This document shows, piece by piece, positions 1 through 13,201 of a stretch of 64,000 bases of DNA (its first letter is position 1; each line of letters opens with the position of its first letter). The position numbers and the translations under genes were made by a program. A model generated the notes under the pieces. The model was not told the DNA's origin. It searched no databases and saw nothing but the letters and a program-made list of their open reading frames with translations. Source of the DNA: the human T2T-CHM13v2.0 reference genome, Homo sapiens; assembly GCF_009914755.1 (NCBI RefSeq), contig NC_060927.1. One strand, given 5' to 3'.

Positions 1-442
<442 letters not shown>

Positions 443-3400
443 CTGATCTACATTTTAATAACTCTACTCGCAAAAACAAAACTAAATTAAAATCAAGCAA
501 ATAAAAGGTAGGGAGACATATGCTTGAAGCAAGATATATAAAAACCAAAGATAAGTCAGTGCAGGAATTTTAATTCAGTTCAACAGACATTCATTGCATT
601 CTAGAAGGTGGCACACCTCAGTATGAGCAGCCCACTCAAGTCTTAATCCTTCTGAGGCCCCCTTTGTGGGCCTAGGTCCATCTGTTACACTTTCTATGAA
701 ATATCTGGCGTCAAGTTGGATTTGATGATGTTACTTTGTAATAACATTCTGTCTACATCACTTCCTCTTGTTATCCAGGAGCACTTGGCAACTCCCACTA
801 TATTTTTTCAGCACCCCCACTCTCCTTTCCTGTGTATTCATGCCCTTAACAGACATAGGAGGTTAACTATTTCAGAAGGAATTGTACCAAGCATCAGGTG
901 GGCAGAGTCTCTATGAATTCCTGCTTTGAATCCTTGCTGAGCCAGTTTTCAATAGGAAGATAATATTTCGTATTGTTCAGATTAGTACAATCAAGCCATG
1001 GCAATAATGGAGACGCTTAGAAAATGGGGGCTAGGTAAATTTAGCAATAGGCTCAGTTATATTTTGTCCAGGTAATAAGTGGCTCTTTTGAAATAAGACA
1101 AAGCTGATCACTTCATTATTTGATTAGATTCTTCTAATTGTGCCCAGGTGATCAGTTAATTCTCTGCTAAGTCTCAAAACAAATTTAGAAAATCAAAAGA
1201 GGATGCTGAGAATAGAAACCAAACAACACTTTGCTATCTTGTACAGATAGTGCTAATTGACCTTTCTCCTGTTACTTTCAAGGCAATTAGGGAGGATAAT
1301 TGTAGCTTAAGAAACTTAGCACAAGTTAGAGGGAAGAGTAACAACAGATGGAAACAGGGATATATTTTGCCTTGAGAAAGTTAAGTGATACCATTTGTGA
1401 CAAGGTCTCTGATGCTGGGAGTGGGAGGTAATTTCTACAGATTCACTGGCATATAAGGCCTGCATGTATCTATATATGTTGTAGGAAGTTCCAATTTCTA
1501 ACTTTCTCTTAGATCTTTTGTCCTAAAAGTCAGGGGAACATCCATGACCCTGATTCATTTATTTCAAAGAGAGGTATGCTGGCATCTGTTGTGGAATATT
1601 TCTAAGGGTCAAACTGCACATTATTCTGAACTGACGCCAGAGCAGGCAAACTCTTCATTTGTAAGAAAAAAATGATAGATGCTGCCTTTAGGAGCTATCA
1701 TATTTACTTCATGCACCTCAGCAGGCTTTGTTCTTGAACATTAGGAAAGTGAGCAGGACTTGGTTTCAGAATGAGGTTGGATGAATCACATTGACTAGAA
1801 ACTGTATTATCATATTCCGTTGTGTCTAATCTTGAAACAGGCAGAATGGTTTTGGTACTGCTGGGTAGAGGCTGTTTGTCTCTCTTCTGGCCTGGGATGA
1901 TGCAGTAACTCTGTCTCCTTGGCTACAGAGAAAAATATGATGCCCCTGTCCTGATTCTGTCCTAGCCAAAGAAGATTCATTTGGGGAGCTCAGCACATTT
2001 TTGGTATGTATTTGTTTAGTGAATGGAGATGACGAATTCAGGCCTTTTTTGGGTTTAAGGATGGGGGTTGGTAGGCACATTAAAAGGTGGGGAGGTAAAG
2101 AAGAAAGTGTTGTTGGGGGATGCAAGTTGTGCTGAGAGACAGGCAAAGAGAAGTGTGCAATTGGAAATTTCAGTAACAAGCCTCCAGCAATGACAGTTTG
2201 CTTGGATCTCTTTCTCGTTTGCATGTCGCTAGAGGAATCTTCAGACTGAGCAATATGACCCTAGGATGCCAGGGATGACAGAGAAAGGATCTTTTCAAAA
2301 AACCTATTAAAATTGCTTGGAAATCAAATTTGCAAAGAGTGCAATTTTAAAAGGAGGCATCCCATGTTTTTCCGGTTATTACAAGTGGGGTTTTACTAAA
2401 TTACCAAATCTCTCTGTTCCTCCTTCATCTGACAAAGTGGCTAATAAAAGCCCCCTCACTGGGTGATTGATGTTAGTAACACTAAACCCATAGGAAATAC
2501 ATATTTTAAATATTCTTTGTTACAGTTAGTTGTTCTTACTTACATAACAATATTAAAATATCCTATATAAATTTTGAGTAAAAAATAGAAAAACACTTAG
2601 TATTTAAAATAATATTTTACCAATATTTGGCCATCTAGTATTTATTTGCCAAGTAGAGCTGCCTGCTGATAATGTAAAGAAAAACAAGTCATGGCCTCTA
2701 TCCTTATGAAAGGTACAACCTATTAACGAATACTATTAGTGTTTATTTTCTTTTTTTTTCCCCTTTTCTCATAGGTTATTTTAATATAGTAGCAAAGATT
2801 CTGCACATGTATGTGGCAGATACACATTCTTTTCCTTGTTTTTGAAGAGTTTCATTTGTCTTTTACTCCTACCTATTCTTTAAACAAAGTCAGTTCCTTC
2901 CGCCCTTGACCAACAAAACCCTTGACCAGCTTAAAATATCAGTAGATGCCAGAATATTAACAAGGATGAAACTAAATGGTTATGTTTACAGAGATTTAAA
3001 AATTCCATTTCCCCAGGAATATGCCATTTCAAGATTTGTGTAAAAACAGGAAGAATGAAGAAAAGGTTCTTGTTTCACCTTGTCTTTTTACGGATGAAGG
3101 TAGTCAACCAATAGTCCCAAACGTGAGAATTTCTACTTTTAAAAAACATTTTGGAATAATTCCAGATTCATACAAAAGTAAACATGGGATTTTTTTAATA
3201 AAAAATAAATAAATGTTTGTCTTGGAATGCCAGATTCCAAGTATTGGACAATTTGACCAACGGCTTAGAATTTAAAGTCATTTCAAAAATTAGTACTTGA
3301 AAACACTTTCTTAAATAGCCTGGTTTCTTTCCAGAGTGAGCATGTGGATGAGCCTTAGTCTACCATTATTAGCAAATTATTTATATTCTTACTTTATTCC

Positions 3401-3689
3401 CCTTCTAATTAACCTATCATCACTTCTTAATCTATGTCAATTTTTTTTCCCCTAGTCAAACACAAACAGAATCAGGAACTTCATTAAAATATTCCAACTG
3501 TCATTATTAGTGGCTGCTATGATAATAATATTTATTTTGTATCATTCTTGACAATTCTATTTGGAAAATATTGCAATGATTTTGTCACTACTTATATAAT
3601 TACAATAGGAAATGTTAATCATGAAAATTTTCTCCAGCTCATTTTCTAGTCCCCAGTCATCACACATTCTTGGGTTCTAATAAGCTATG

Positions 3690-4127
3690 TGTCAGATATA
3701 AGAAGAAGTTCCTCTTCAAAGGTTTAGCTTGTTTAGTTTCCTTGTTCTTTGTTCTCTACTTTCAAGGCCAAACTTCCTTACTCTCTATGCCTCCCTGTCT
3801 CGGTTTCAGTAAACAACTCTCCCTCCAGTTGTTATCTACAGAGCTCACATCTGCTACCCATTCTGTAAATTACCCCTCCCATCACAATGGCCCTTCCCGC
3901 CAAAATTGTCCTTCCTGCCAGTGTAACCGCATTCCTGCACTTTTCAAGTTAGCCAACCAGGTTCAGCTTAAGTTGTGTGGTCCAACTCCAGCCAGTGGAG
4001 GCAGGACACAGTAGCAGGGACAAGTTGCGTTAAGGATAAAAACCCCTTCCCTCCTTTGTTCAGTGTGCTCTTGTGGCATCCAGACCTGCGAGAAGCACCC
4101 TTCTGCAGAAGTAAATTTTCTTTGCTG
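3690..4127 (+). mobile_element. ERV1 solo LTR, LTR10 (HERV-I)-like, 3'-truncated
   Basis: Starts TGTCAGATAT and contains 'ggataaaaaccccttccctcctttgt...gcacccttctgcagaagta', as I recall for LTR10. The poly(A) signal and CA end are missing. Confidence 0.7.
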
Positions 4128-6342
4128 TCTGGTGTCTGGTGAGGGTCTGCTTCCTGGTTCATATACAACTGTCTTTATGCTGTGTCTTCATCTGGTAGAA
4201 AGGACAAGGCCACTCTGTGTCTTCTTTAAAGGACATGAATCTTATTCATTATGGCTCTGCCCTCATGACTTAATACCCTCCCGAAGCTCTCACCCCCTAC
4301 TACCATCATCTTGGAGGCTAGAATTTCAACATATGAATTTTGGGGAGACACAATCATTTAGACCATAGCATTTGGGCCTGCTTCTTCTAAATTTATGTTA
4401 TTCTCACATGAAAAAATATATCCATTTTATTTCAGTTAAGCCCAATAATCCCCAAAGCCTTAATTCATTCCAACATCAACTCAAAAGTCTAAAGCACAAT
4501 GTTTCATCTAAATATCGTCTAAGTCAGATATGGATGAGACCCAAGTTACTATTCATTCTAAGGCAAATTACTCTCCAACTGTGAGCCTATAAAACCGAGA
4601 AAAGTTATGTGCTTTCAACATACAATGATGGAACAGGCATAGGACAGACATTTCCATTCCAAAAGAGTCAAATGAGAAAGAAGAAAGGAGTGGCAGATCC
4701 CAAACAAGTCCAAAACCTAACGGGATAAAATACATTAAACTTCAAGGCTAGAGAATAATTCTCTTTGGCTTGATGCTCCGCTCTCTAGGCCCACTTGGTA
4801 TGCACTGCCACTTTCTGGATACAATGACGTGGAGGGGCACACTGGGAATGTGGCCCCACAGATTTGCCAAGACCCTCCAGGGGTCCCAGTGGCCCTGCTC
4901 CCATGGCTTTGAATGACCCACCCCTGTGGCAACTCTGCCTGGGCCCTCCCCTTAAAGTGGTTCTCTGTGATGGCCCCACCTCCCCAAGACTGTGTGCATT
5001 GGTCATGCCCCAAGATCACTTTAGGCTCTAATTGTAGGCCAGATATTGTGCTACCCACATTATAACAAGGATGACCTTTCCTCCATTGCCCACTGGGTAG
5101 CATAGTATCGGGTGTACAATTAGAGCCTGGAGTGGGGGTCTGGGTTTCCGGTGGTGGTGGTCACACCCACATGTCCTTGCTGGTCTGGGGTTTTGGGGGT
5201 GGCCACACCCACATGTTCTTGCTGGGCTTTTTCCTAATGGTAGTTCTCTGCAGTGGCCCTTCACCCACTGGGACTCTTGCACTTTGGACCTGTGATGGGA
5301 GGGGCAGCTCTAATGAATTTTGAATTCCTTAATGGGTTAATCTTCTATTGTCTTGGACAATAGGTACTTACTTCTGTTTAGATGGCCTATAATCTCCTTC
5401 TCAGATGGTTGTTTGGCCACAACCTTTATGTTCTCTCTTGAACATGTGCTCTCATTCTTTTCAATATGGATAAAATGAAAATGTTCCAAGTCTTTAAGTT
5501 CTACTTCCCTTCTGATTACCAATTCCATCTTTAAGTCATTTGTCTCTTCTTACATTTTACTATGAGCAGTCCAAAGGAGCCAAGCCAAACTTTCAAAGCT
5601 TTTCTTAGATATTTCCCCAGTCAAATATTCATCTTCACCTCTGAAAAGCTCTACCTTCCCCAAAACACTAAAACAAAAACACAATCCAGCCAAGTTTTTT
5701 GCCACTTTATAACAGGGATGGCCTTTCCTCCATTGCCTAATAACATGTTCTTCATTTCCACCTGAGGCCTCATCAGAATGGTCTTTACTGTCTGTGTTTC
5801 TACCAACATTCTGTCTATGTTTACGTAGGTAATCTCTAAAAGGAAGTTTTCTGTACAACTCTCCTCCTCTCCTTCTGAGCTTTCACCAGAATAGCCCTTA
5901 ATAGTCTGCTCTTGGTAATGCAGGGTTTTTCTAGCATGCACCTCAAAACTCTTTCAGCATCTACTCATTACACAGTTCCAAAACCACTTTTACATTTTAA
6001 GGTATTTGCTGCAACAGCACTCCATTCTCAGTACCAATTTTCTGTCTTAGCCTTTCCAGGATTTTATAACAAAATATTATAAATGGGTGGCTTATAAACA
6101 GCAGAAATTTATTTCTCACAGTTTTGGAGGCTAGAAGTCCAAGACAAGGCACCAGCAAATTCAGTGCCTGGTGAGTGGAAAGACCCCTCTTGGGCCTCTC
6201 TTTTAGGGCTAATCCCATTTATGAGGGCTCTATCCTCACGACCCATACCCTCCCAAAGGTACCACGTCCCAATACCATTATCTTGGAGGCTAGGTTTTCA
6301 ACGTATACATTTTGAAGAGACACAAACATTTAGACCATAGCA
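4128..6342 (-). mobile_element. MLT1A MaLR element, LTR-internal-LTR
   Basis: Two LTR copies ending 'catttagaccatagca' (4128-4370, truncated; 6043-6342) flank about 1.67 kb of MaLR internal sequence. The internal part begins 'gaaaattggtact' on the minus strand. Confidence 0.85.
5337..5941 (-). pseudogene. MaLR internal ORF remnant (frameshifted)
   Basis: Minus-strand ORF 5550..5858 contains 'SDEASGGNEEHVIRQWRKGHPCYKVAKNLAGLC', resembling the THE1/MST/MLT-int ORF. It is broken into overlapping frames. Confidence 0.6.
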
Positions 6343-6789
6343 GTACCCTCGGCACTACATTCTGTGGTCCTGCTTGTTATTGTATTGGATAGCTAGAAGA
6401 ACCCTTAGTTTCTATTATGTGTACATTATCATTGAGTAAAACTAGCTGACAGTTCAGGCAAAGCCCAGTTCTGCCAGCCAGAGCCTATCTCATTGCATCA
6501 GAAATGATACATAACCTCTTTGAGTCTAATTGTCTCATCTGTGATATTATTTAGCTCATGATATTATTGGAAGGATTACATGAGCTAACACCATGATTAT
6601 TAGCCCGTAATAATGTTTCTAGCATACCTTGTAAAACTTGTAAGAACATGCACAGAAAAATGGAATTTAGAAAAAGAGGTAAATTTGAAGAAGAGAGAAA
6701 CCCAGAATTAATTTTATGTTTGTGTCTAATAATAGTGTTGCTTAATGGAAAAATAAAAATTCATGATGTCAGCTGGCTTCATGTATTGT

Positions 6790-6930
6790 ATAATGCAGGG
6801 TGAATCATGCAGCCTCTCTGAGTTAGTGTTTCCTGATTAACTAATGACATATACCTCATGGAGTCATTATAGTGATTAAATGAGGTGATGTATGTAAAGT
6901 AGGTAGAACAGTATCTGGTATATGACATAC
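6790..6930. mobile_element. MIR fragment
   Basis: 'gcctctctgagttagtgtttcctgatt...gtgattaaatgaggtgatgtatgtaaag' matches the MIR core. Confidence 0.65.
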
Positions 6931-9059
6931 ACACAATTTAGTATTTTGAAGGGTTGTAGCATAGTCATATGAATGGGTCCAGCACACTCTTGGAAATGAA
7001 GGTTGCAACTCAGATGAGCAACCAGGCTTGAAGACATGCATTTGGGAATCTAAAATAAGAAAGTCATTTGTAAGAAAACTGTGATAACAAGTAAGATTAC
7101 AAGAAAAAAAAAAAAAGCAGTGGTTCCCAATTTGGCTGTGTTTCTCTGTCTCATGTAGAACCTATATCAGTTAAGTTTCCAAAGTTCTTACTCAAACCCA
7201 CTGATTTACAATTTCCAGGTGAGAGCCACAGAGGATGCTTATGAAGTCAGTTGTGCATTTGGGCATTAAGGGACAAGAATTTGAAGGATGACTTAATTTA
7301 GAGGGCAGAAGGTTTCCTAAGAGAAATTCCCAAAAGGCCTGAAGAGTCCAGATGTTTGGGGAGTGAGGCCAAGAAAGAGGAAAGTTAGGATAAAGAAATG
7401 GACTACATATAGATAATGTTTTAGAAAAAGGGTTAAAGAATGTTGAAATAAAGCAAAAACCTTAAATAGTTTTTATGTGGCACACCATGTTAATAAGCTT
7501 AATGTAAATAAGCCAAACATGTGAATAAATTTCTTTTGCCAGGGCAAGAAAAAAAGTCAATAGAAGAAAATGTTTTTGACAAAAAAAAAAAAAAAGCTTT
7601 TAAAAAATCTCCTCTTTTCAGCCTTGGTCCATGAAAACCATTTGATAAAGGAGATGGGGTATGCAGTGACCCTAAATGCATCTGAATCATGAATTCATAC
7701 ATCAAAAAAGAGAAACTATCAGGAAGTCCATATAACCGTACAGCATAACAGCTAAATAGTAGCCATTGATAAAGTGCGAAAGAAACAGAAGGATATTTTC
7801 TGTACTGTTCATAGTGCTATGCAAGATATTTATTTTCCTGGCCACTTGAACGCATCCAGGGTCAGAATGCAAATACCTCCTGATTTTGTTATTTGCACAC
7901 GTTCAAACAAGTGGTGAGTGAAATGGTCCGCTCAAAATGCAAGAATCAGAAGCCTACTCTAAGGTTTTACTTTAGGAAAATAATTTAAAGGAATGAGACT
8001 TAAAACATAAAACCTCCTGTAAGAGAGAGATTAAAAACGATTAGCTTCCTTCACTGTTCCTCTGCTTTTCTAGGGGGATGCATATGCACTCACATTCTAT
8101 CATTGATTTATCCTTCTAGTGGAAACACAATGCTGACTATAGCATGGGCCTCTCTGTGACCAGAATGCTCAACAAGCAACTTAACAGTTTCCATGTTTCA
8201 GAATATGTCATTCACACACCCCTGGGGAGAATGTTTAACATTTCCTTAAATTGGTGTGAGTTTTCACTAAGGCTACTGTCATACCAACCAAGCAACAACT
8301 ATCATAGATAGCTCCAGTGTGCATAACATGCTAACTCCTTTTAACCCGTCAGTGTCCTGATATGCTTATTCAGTGTACAAGCTGCTATAAAATCATGTAT
8401 TATCAATTCTAGAAAATATTAGGAGTGCACCGTGGAACTTAAGTTCTAAATTATTTTGCAGTAGATGGCTTTTTAAAGCTAAATAGGGTCTGGATAGAGC
8501 TTATAAACATTTGATTGATTAAGTTGTGGATTAGCTGATTTATGAACTATACTTCAGGTGTTATGAATCACTTTGAAGTAAGTACCCCATGGGGCATTCC
8601 TGGGGTGTGGGTTTCCTGGTGGTTTGGTAGACAAGCTACACATTTCTCTTTTCAAAGGGGATGATGACTTAGTACACACTGCCCCAGATGAAACCTCTTC
8701 TTTCTGAACAACCTTCACAGAAATCTTGCCAGAAACTGTGTAACCAAAGTCGAAACATGTCGCTCCTTAATAGATTGGGGGCTTATGTTGGCAGGTTCAG
8801 TGACAGACACTGGGACAGAGTGCCAAAACAAAAGTTGAGGCTGAGTTTCAAAGCAATGTTATGAGAAAAGTAGTATTAATTAAACAAAACAGATTTATTG
8901 CAATTTTATCTTTTGTGAACTCCTTACATATGTCTCTATTAGAACATACCAAATTATGCTTTAACTTTTGGCACATGTCCTCTGCCTAGGGCTGCTGCAT
9001 CAGCCCATCTTTGTAATCCAAAAATGCTTTGTATGAAGTAGATGCTTAATCATGCTGGC

Positions 9060-9290
9060 ATCATTTATCAACTTGCCATTCAATTTCTTCACATTTAAAA
9101 ATATTTGGTGCATACCTGCCATAACCCTATTGATAACTGGCAATATGATACAGAGCCATAAACTAAGCTGATAATATCCCTGTCTTCTGGGACTTCCCAT
9201 TCAGTGGAGGTAGGGATGGAAGTAGGAGAACACAGAATGAAAAATAAACAAAATGAATACCAAAGAAAATTTCAGAAAGTTGTGTTAGAA
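9060..9290 (-). mobile_element. L2 3' fragment
   Basis: Degenerate L2 3' end: 'cattcaa...aaatatttggtgcatacctgcc...atccctgtcttctgggacttcccattcagtgg'. Confidence 0.5.
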
Positions 9291-9519
9291 CACATAGAGT
9301 TAATGTGAATAAATTAATGAATATATTCATGAATGAGCTGTCTAAAGTTGACTAATGGACATTTTTAATATATGCTGTCTACTTGAGTGAGGGTACAAAG
9401 CAACAAATAAAACAGAGCTTAAGTTAGAACAATTTGTTTCGTTTACTTAATTTTATTATTCTAATTATTATTATTTTTTTTTAGATTTTGTTAACTCTAG
9501 ATATAAGGACAGCTTGGTA

Positions 9520-9675
9520 AACACTAAACTGGGTTACCAAAGTAAAGTTACATAATGCTGTTTCTTGGAGCTGTTTAAAAATAGAAGGTACTTTAGTGAG
9601 TTGCAAGGTCTAGTTGCTAATCTGCCTGGAGGCAGGGAGACAGGCAGGGTGACCTCAGATGGACTTCTCCAGCCA
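9520..9675 (+). mobile_element. L3/CR1 3' fragment
   Basis: 'cttggagctgtttaaaaatag...ctgcctggaggcaggg...gtgacctcagatggacttctccagcc' resembles the CR1 3' UTR. Confidence 0.5.
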
Positions 9676-11442
9676 AGGCTTGTTTCTGCATTCAGCATTT
9701 AGACCAACTGAAAACTTAGATGGGCTAGAAACATCAGCTAACCAAAAGTGCAAAGACTTTATAACCAGGTAGGCTGAAGTTCTTTGATTCTGGTGTATGA
9801 AAAAGGGAAACCCATTCCCTTTACACAACCTACAACATCAATTCAGATGGAGACTGTTTCCCTCTTCTCTCTAAAACATCCTTCATTTAGAAGATTTTGC
9901 AGCCTGGAGTATTAATGCTGTGAGGTTGGCAGGAAAGGGTCATGGGAAAACAAGGCTCCAAAGTGCAGCTTTCTCGATGAACCATCACTGGCAATAAAGT
10001 CCAAAGTCAATGGAAACATGAAGGAGGTTTCTGTGTACAAGGGTTATTAACTTTATCCTTCCAAGAGCCTTAATTATTCATTCTGATCATCTATAAATGG
10101 AAAGGCATAACCAGCTCAGAACATAGTCTGCAAAGTCAGATGTTCAAGAAAGTCTATTTATTCATTGTTTTAAAATCAAAATCATTCTGACTCAAGGGTT
10201 CCATACTATCTATCAGCTGGCAGAAAAAGTGATATAAACCATTATTGGGGTTGTTTTGTCCACAGTTGTGCAACATTCCTAGAGATTCTTCAGGCTTATG
10301 GAATTCAGCCCATCCATAAGTCATTGGTCATTGATGATCCATCCACAGCGTTGATAGAGATGCCCTTTGTACCAGTCTCCATGATACCTTTGGACATACC
10401 TTTGCTGCTTTGATGCTCTGTTTGGATAAAAGGCAATTACTGGGAAAATAAAATCTTTGTATCTAGACTTCCACATCCTTAGAAACACCAAAAAACCATC
10501 TCCTTTCAGTCAGCTCTTACCTACTGCCTGAGATATTGATACCAAAGTCTAAAGGATCCCATTCTCTCTGGCTTATTTTCTTACTTCCACAACCTCTAAT
10601 GTCTTTTTAGCCTTTGGAAAATTTCTTCTCTCTTCTTGCCCTTGAAGGCACTCACTAACATAATTGTTTTAAAGTTTTTTATAAAAGACTGGAAAAAGAT
10701 TTTAGCTGTAAGTGGCATCTGTTTTCTACTGTATAAACATCTGTGATTAAGACATGTCTTCTAGCTTGCAGTGAGGGAAAGGAAAAAGAAGAAGAACTAA
10801 TACAAGTTTATCTCTCAGTAAATTATTCTTGCACAAAATATCCTAAGTGTCAGGAAAAAAGAAAGAGAAAGAAGGAACATTTGGTTCAGTCAACTTTAAA
10901 AGGACAAAGAAAATATATTAAGAGCATTTTACTTAATAGTTCATATTTCCCTTTGTGACTCTTTTCAATTACATTATCCAAATCTAAATTGCCCACATCT
11001 CTCCTTTGCTTTTCTATCTATACTTTAAAAAGTACTAGGATAGAAAAAAAAAATTAATGCAGGTTTTTATTGAAGTAAATAATTTAAAAAATCTATTTGC
11101 ACTGAAGTGAAAGTCTATTCTCTGATGAAAAATAGGCATGTTTCCAGATAGTCTTTTTTAGCTGCAATGTTGTGGGCCAATTTTTCTAATATTCTACACC
11201 AAAATGTTGGGGCAGACCAAGATGGTTTGTCTGCAGAGACAGAACAACCCATAGCTGAGAACCCATCTGTTAGTGACAAAAGCAGCTGCGGAAGGTTTGG
11301 TGGTGGCCAGGATATGGAGTTTGATGAGTTTCTTCTGCACCTGGGAAAAAAAACTTGCCACTAAGCAGGTAAGTGCAAAAAGGAACTGCAGCTGCCAGCG
11401 TGGAAGTTTGTACTGTATTCATCTAGGCTGACTCAGAATCTA

Positions 11443-11877
<435 letters not shown>

Positions 11878-12309
11878 TTATTTTTGGTCGTCATGAATAG
11901 ACTGCCTGTGGAGAGAAAGAGGAAGAAGGGAGAAGACAGGACTAAGTCAGAGGGTTCTACCAAGTCTTTTGTTTACAGTTGGCTCCAAGTGAGACTAACA
12001 CTCGACCAGAGTCTGCCAAGGTTGAATCAAGGTCACAGAGGAGTGCAAGTTTGAATTGAATCTTGCTCTGTGGTGAGGTTAATGTGGTTTGTGTCCTCTA
12101 AAACCAAAGCAACCAACCTGTCAGAGGTCTTAAGGCCTACCATGTCCTGTTAATGGTGAGTCTAGCTCTTAAAAATTTAGAGAATGCTACCTTTAAGGTC
12201 CCCCTAATAACTATTCTTGGTCAGAAAAAGACTCTGAAGAAATATGACATGTCTGAAAATGATTGAGTTTACTTAGATCCTGGTCGAAGATATAAGCTGA
12301 TTCTGCTTA

Positions 12310-12512
12310 TAAAAGTCAAGATAGTAAATATTTTAGGATTTGCAGGCCACACATATTAGCAGCATTCTCTCTGTTGCATATTCTTTTTTTTACTGGTTAA
12401 TGTTGTTTTGTTTACAACACTTTAAAGATATCAGCACTATTCTTACCTTGAGGACTATACAAGAACAGGTCCTGGACTGGATCTCACCCTTGAACCATAG
12501 TTTACTAGCCAC
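12310..12512. mobile_element. MER58-like hAT-Charlie MITE
   Basis: 'gatagtaaatattttaggatttgcaggccac...ttacaacactttaaag...ccatagtttactagccact'. Confidence 0.6.
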
Positions 12513-13126
12513 TAATCTAGAGCATTTCAATTCCAAACTATATGTGACCCAAACAAACAGATGAATGGAAGAATGCAATGAGGAATGACAGTGGGGGGAC
12601 AGCCTGGAATACTCTGGAAGGCCAGATTTCAAGGATCATGTGTTGCGCATGGTCCTCACAAATACACAGAGTATCTTGGTTTCAACAGTGTCAGAAACAA
12701 CAGAGAGAGTTTCCCTAAACTGAGGACACAGCCCCTGAGCCTGTGAATCAAAGGAGGGTTGGATGTTAACAATAGGTATATGGCATGTGGTTGGCTATAG
12801 GTCTCTTATCGTGGTGCGACCGACTTAGTTCCAATTCGTGCTTTTTCTTTTAAAATTTCCATGAGAGATTTTTGTCAGGATTTTGTCAGGTACAGCTAGA
12901 CCTGACTGTGGATGGACTCTAGTTCCCTACTATAAAGTTAGTACCCTTACAGAGACAAAGCATAGGCTTGTCTACCTGGAATTAGTCTGTTCCCCTCCCC
13001 TTTGTCACCCAGATTACATCTATTTCCACAGTGTTATTCAAGACCCAGTAAAATACCTGTCTTTTTTTTTCTTCTCTAGACAATTCAATTGTTTCCATGA
13101 GTTTGAATATGATCCTCTTCTGGTCC

Positions 13127-13190
13127 TTTGAATAAAGGGCCCTATAGTTTCATTTTGCATTGAACTCTGAAAATTAGGTAGCTGATTCTG
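13127..13190 (+). mobile_element. MER45A 3'-terminal fragment (inverted relative to neighbour)
   Basis: 'tttgaataaagggcc...tttcattttgcattgaactctgaaaattaggtagctgattctg' matches the MER45A 3' end. Confidence 0.7.
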
Positions 13191-13201
13191 CTTGCATTTG
13201 A

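Noticed and set aside
1826-2224. 132-aa minus-strand ORF in unique DNA
   Set aside because: No recognisable domain or homologue and no convincing splice or promoter context. Frames of this length are expected by chance in 64 kb.
2745-2774. Isolated strong splice acceptors (also about 13729, 14227, 48794, 52609)
   Set aside because: No paired strong donor or coding frame. Such sites are frequent in T-rich intronic DNA.
2903-2928. Direct repeat CCCTTGACCA x2 (TGACCA motifs)
   Set aside because: Only 10 bp, too little to call a regulatory site.
9317-9334. AT-rich palindromes ATGAATATATTCAT / ATTCATGAAT (also 13994-14005 and 57081-57099)
   Set aside because: Short or AT-rich palindromes are expected by chance at this base composition.
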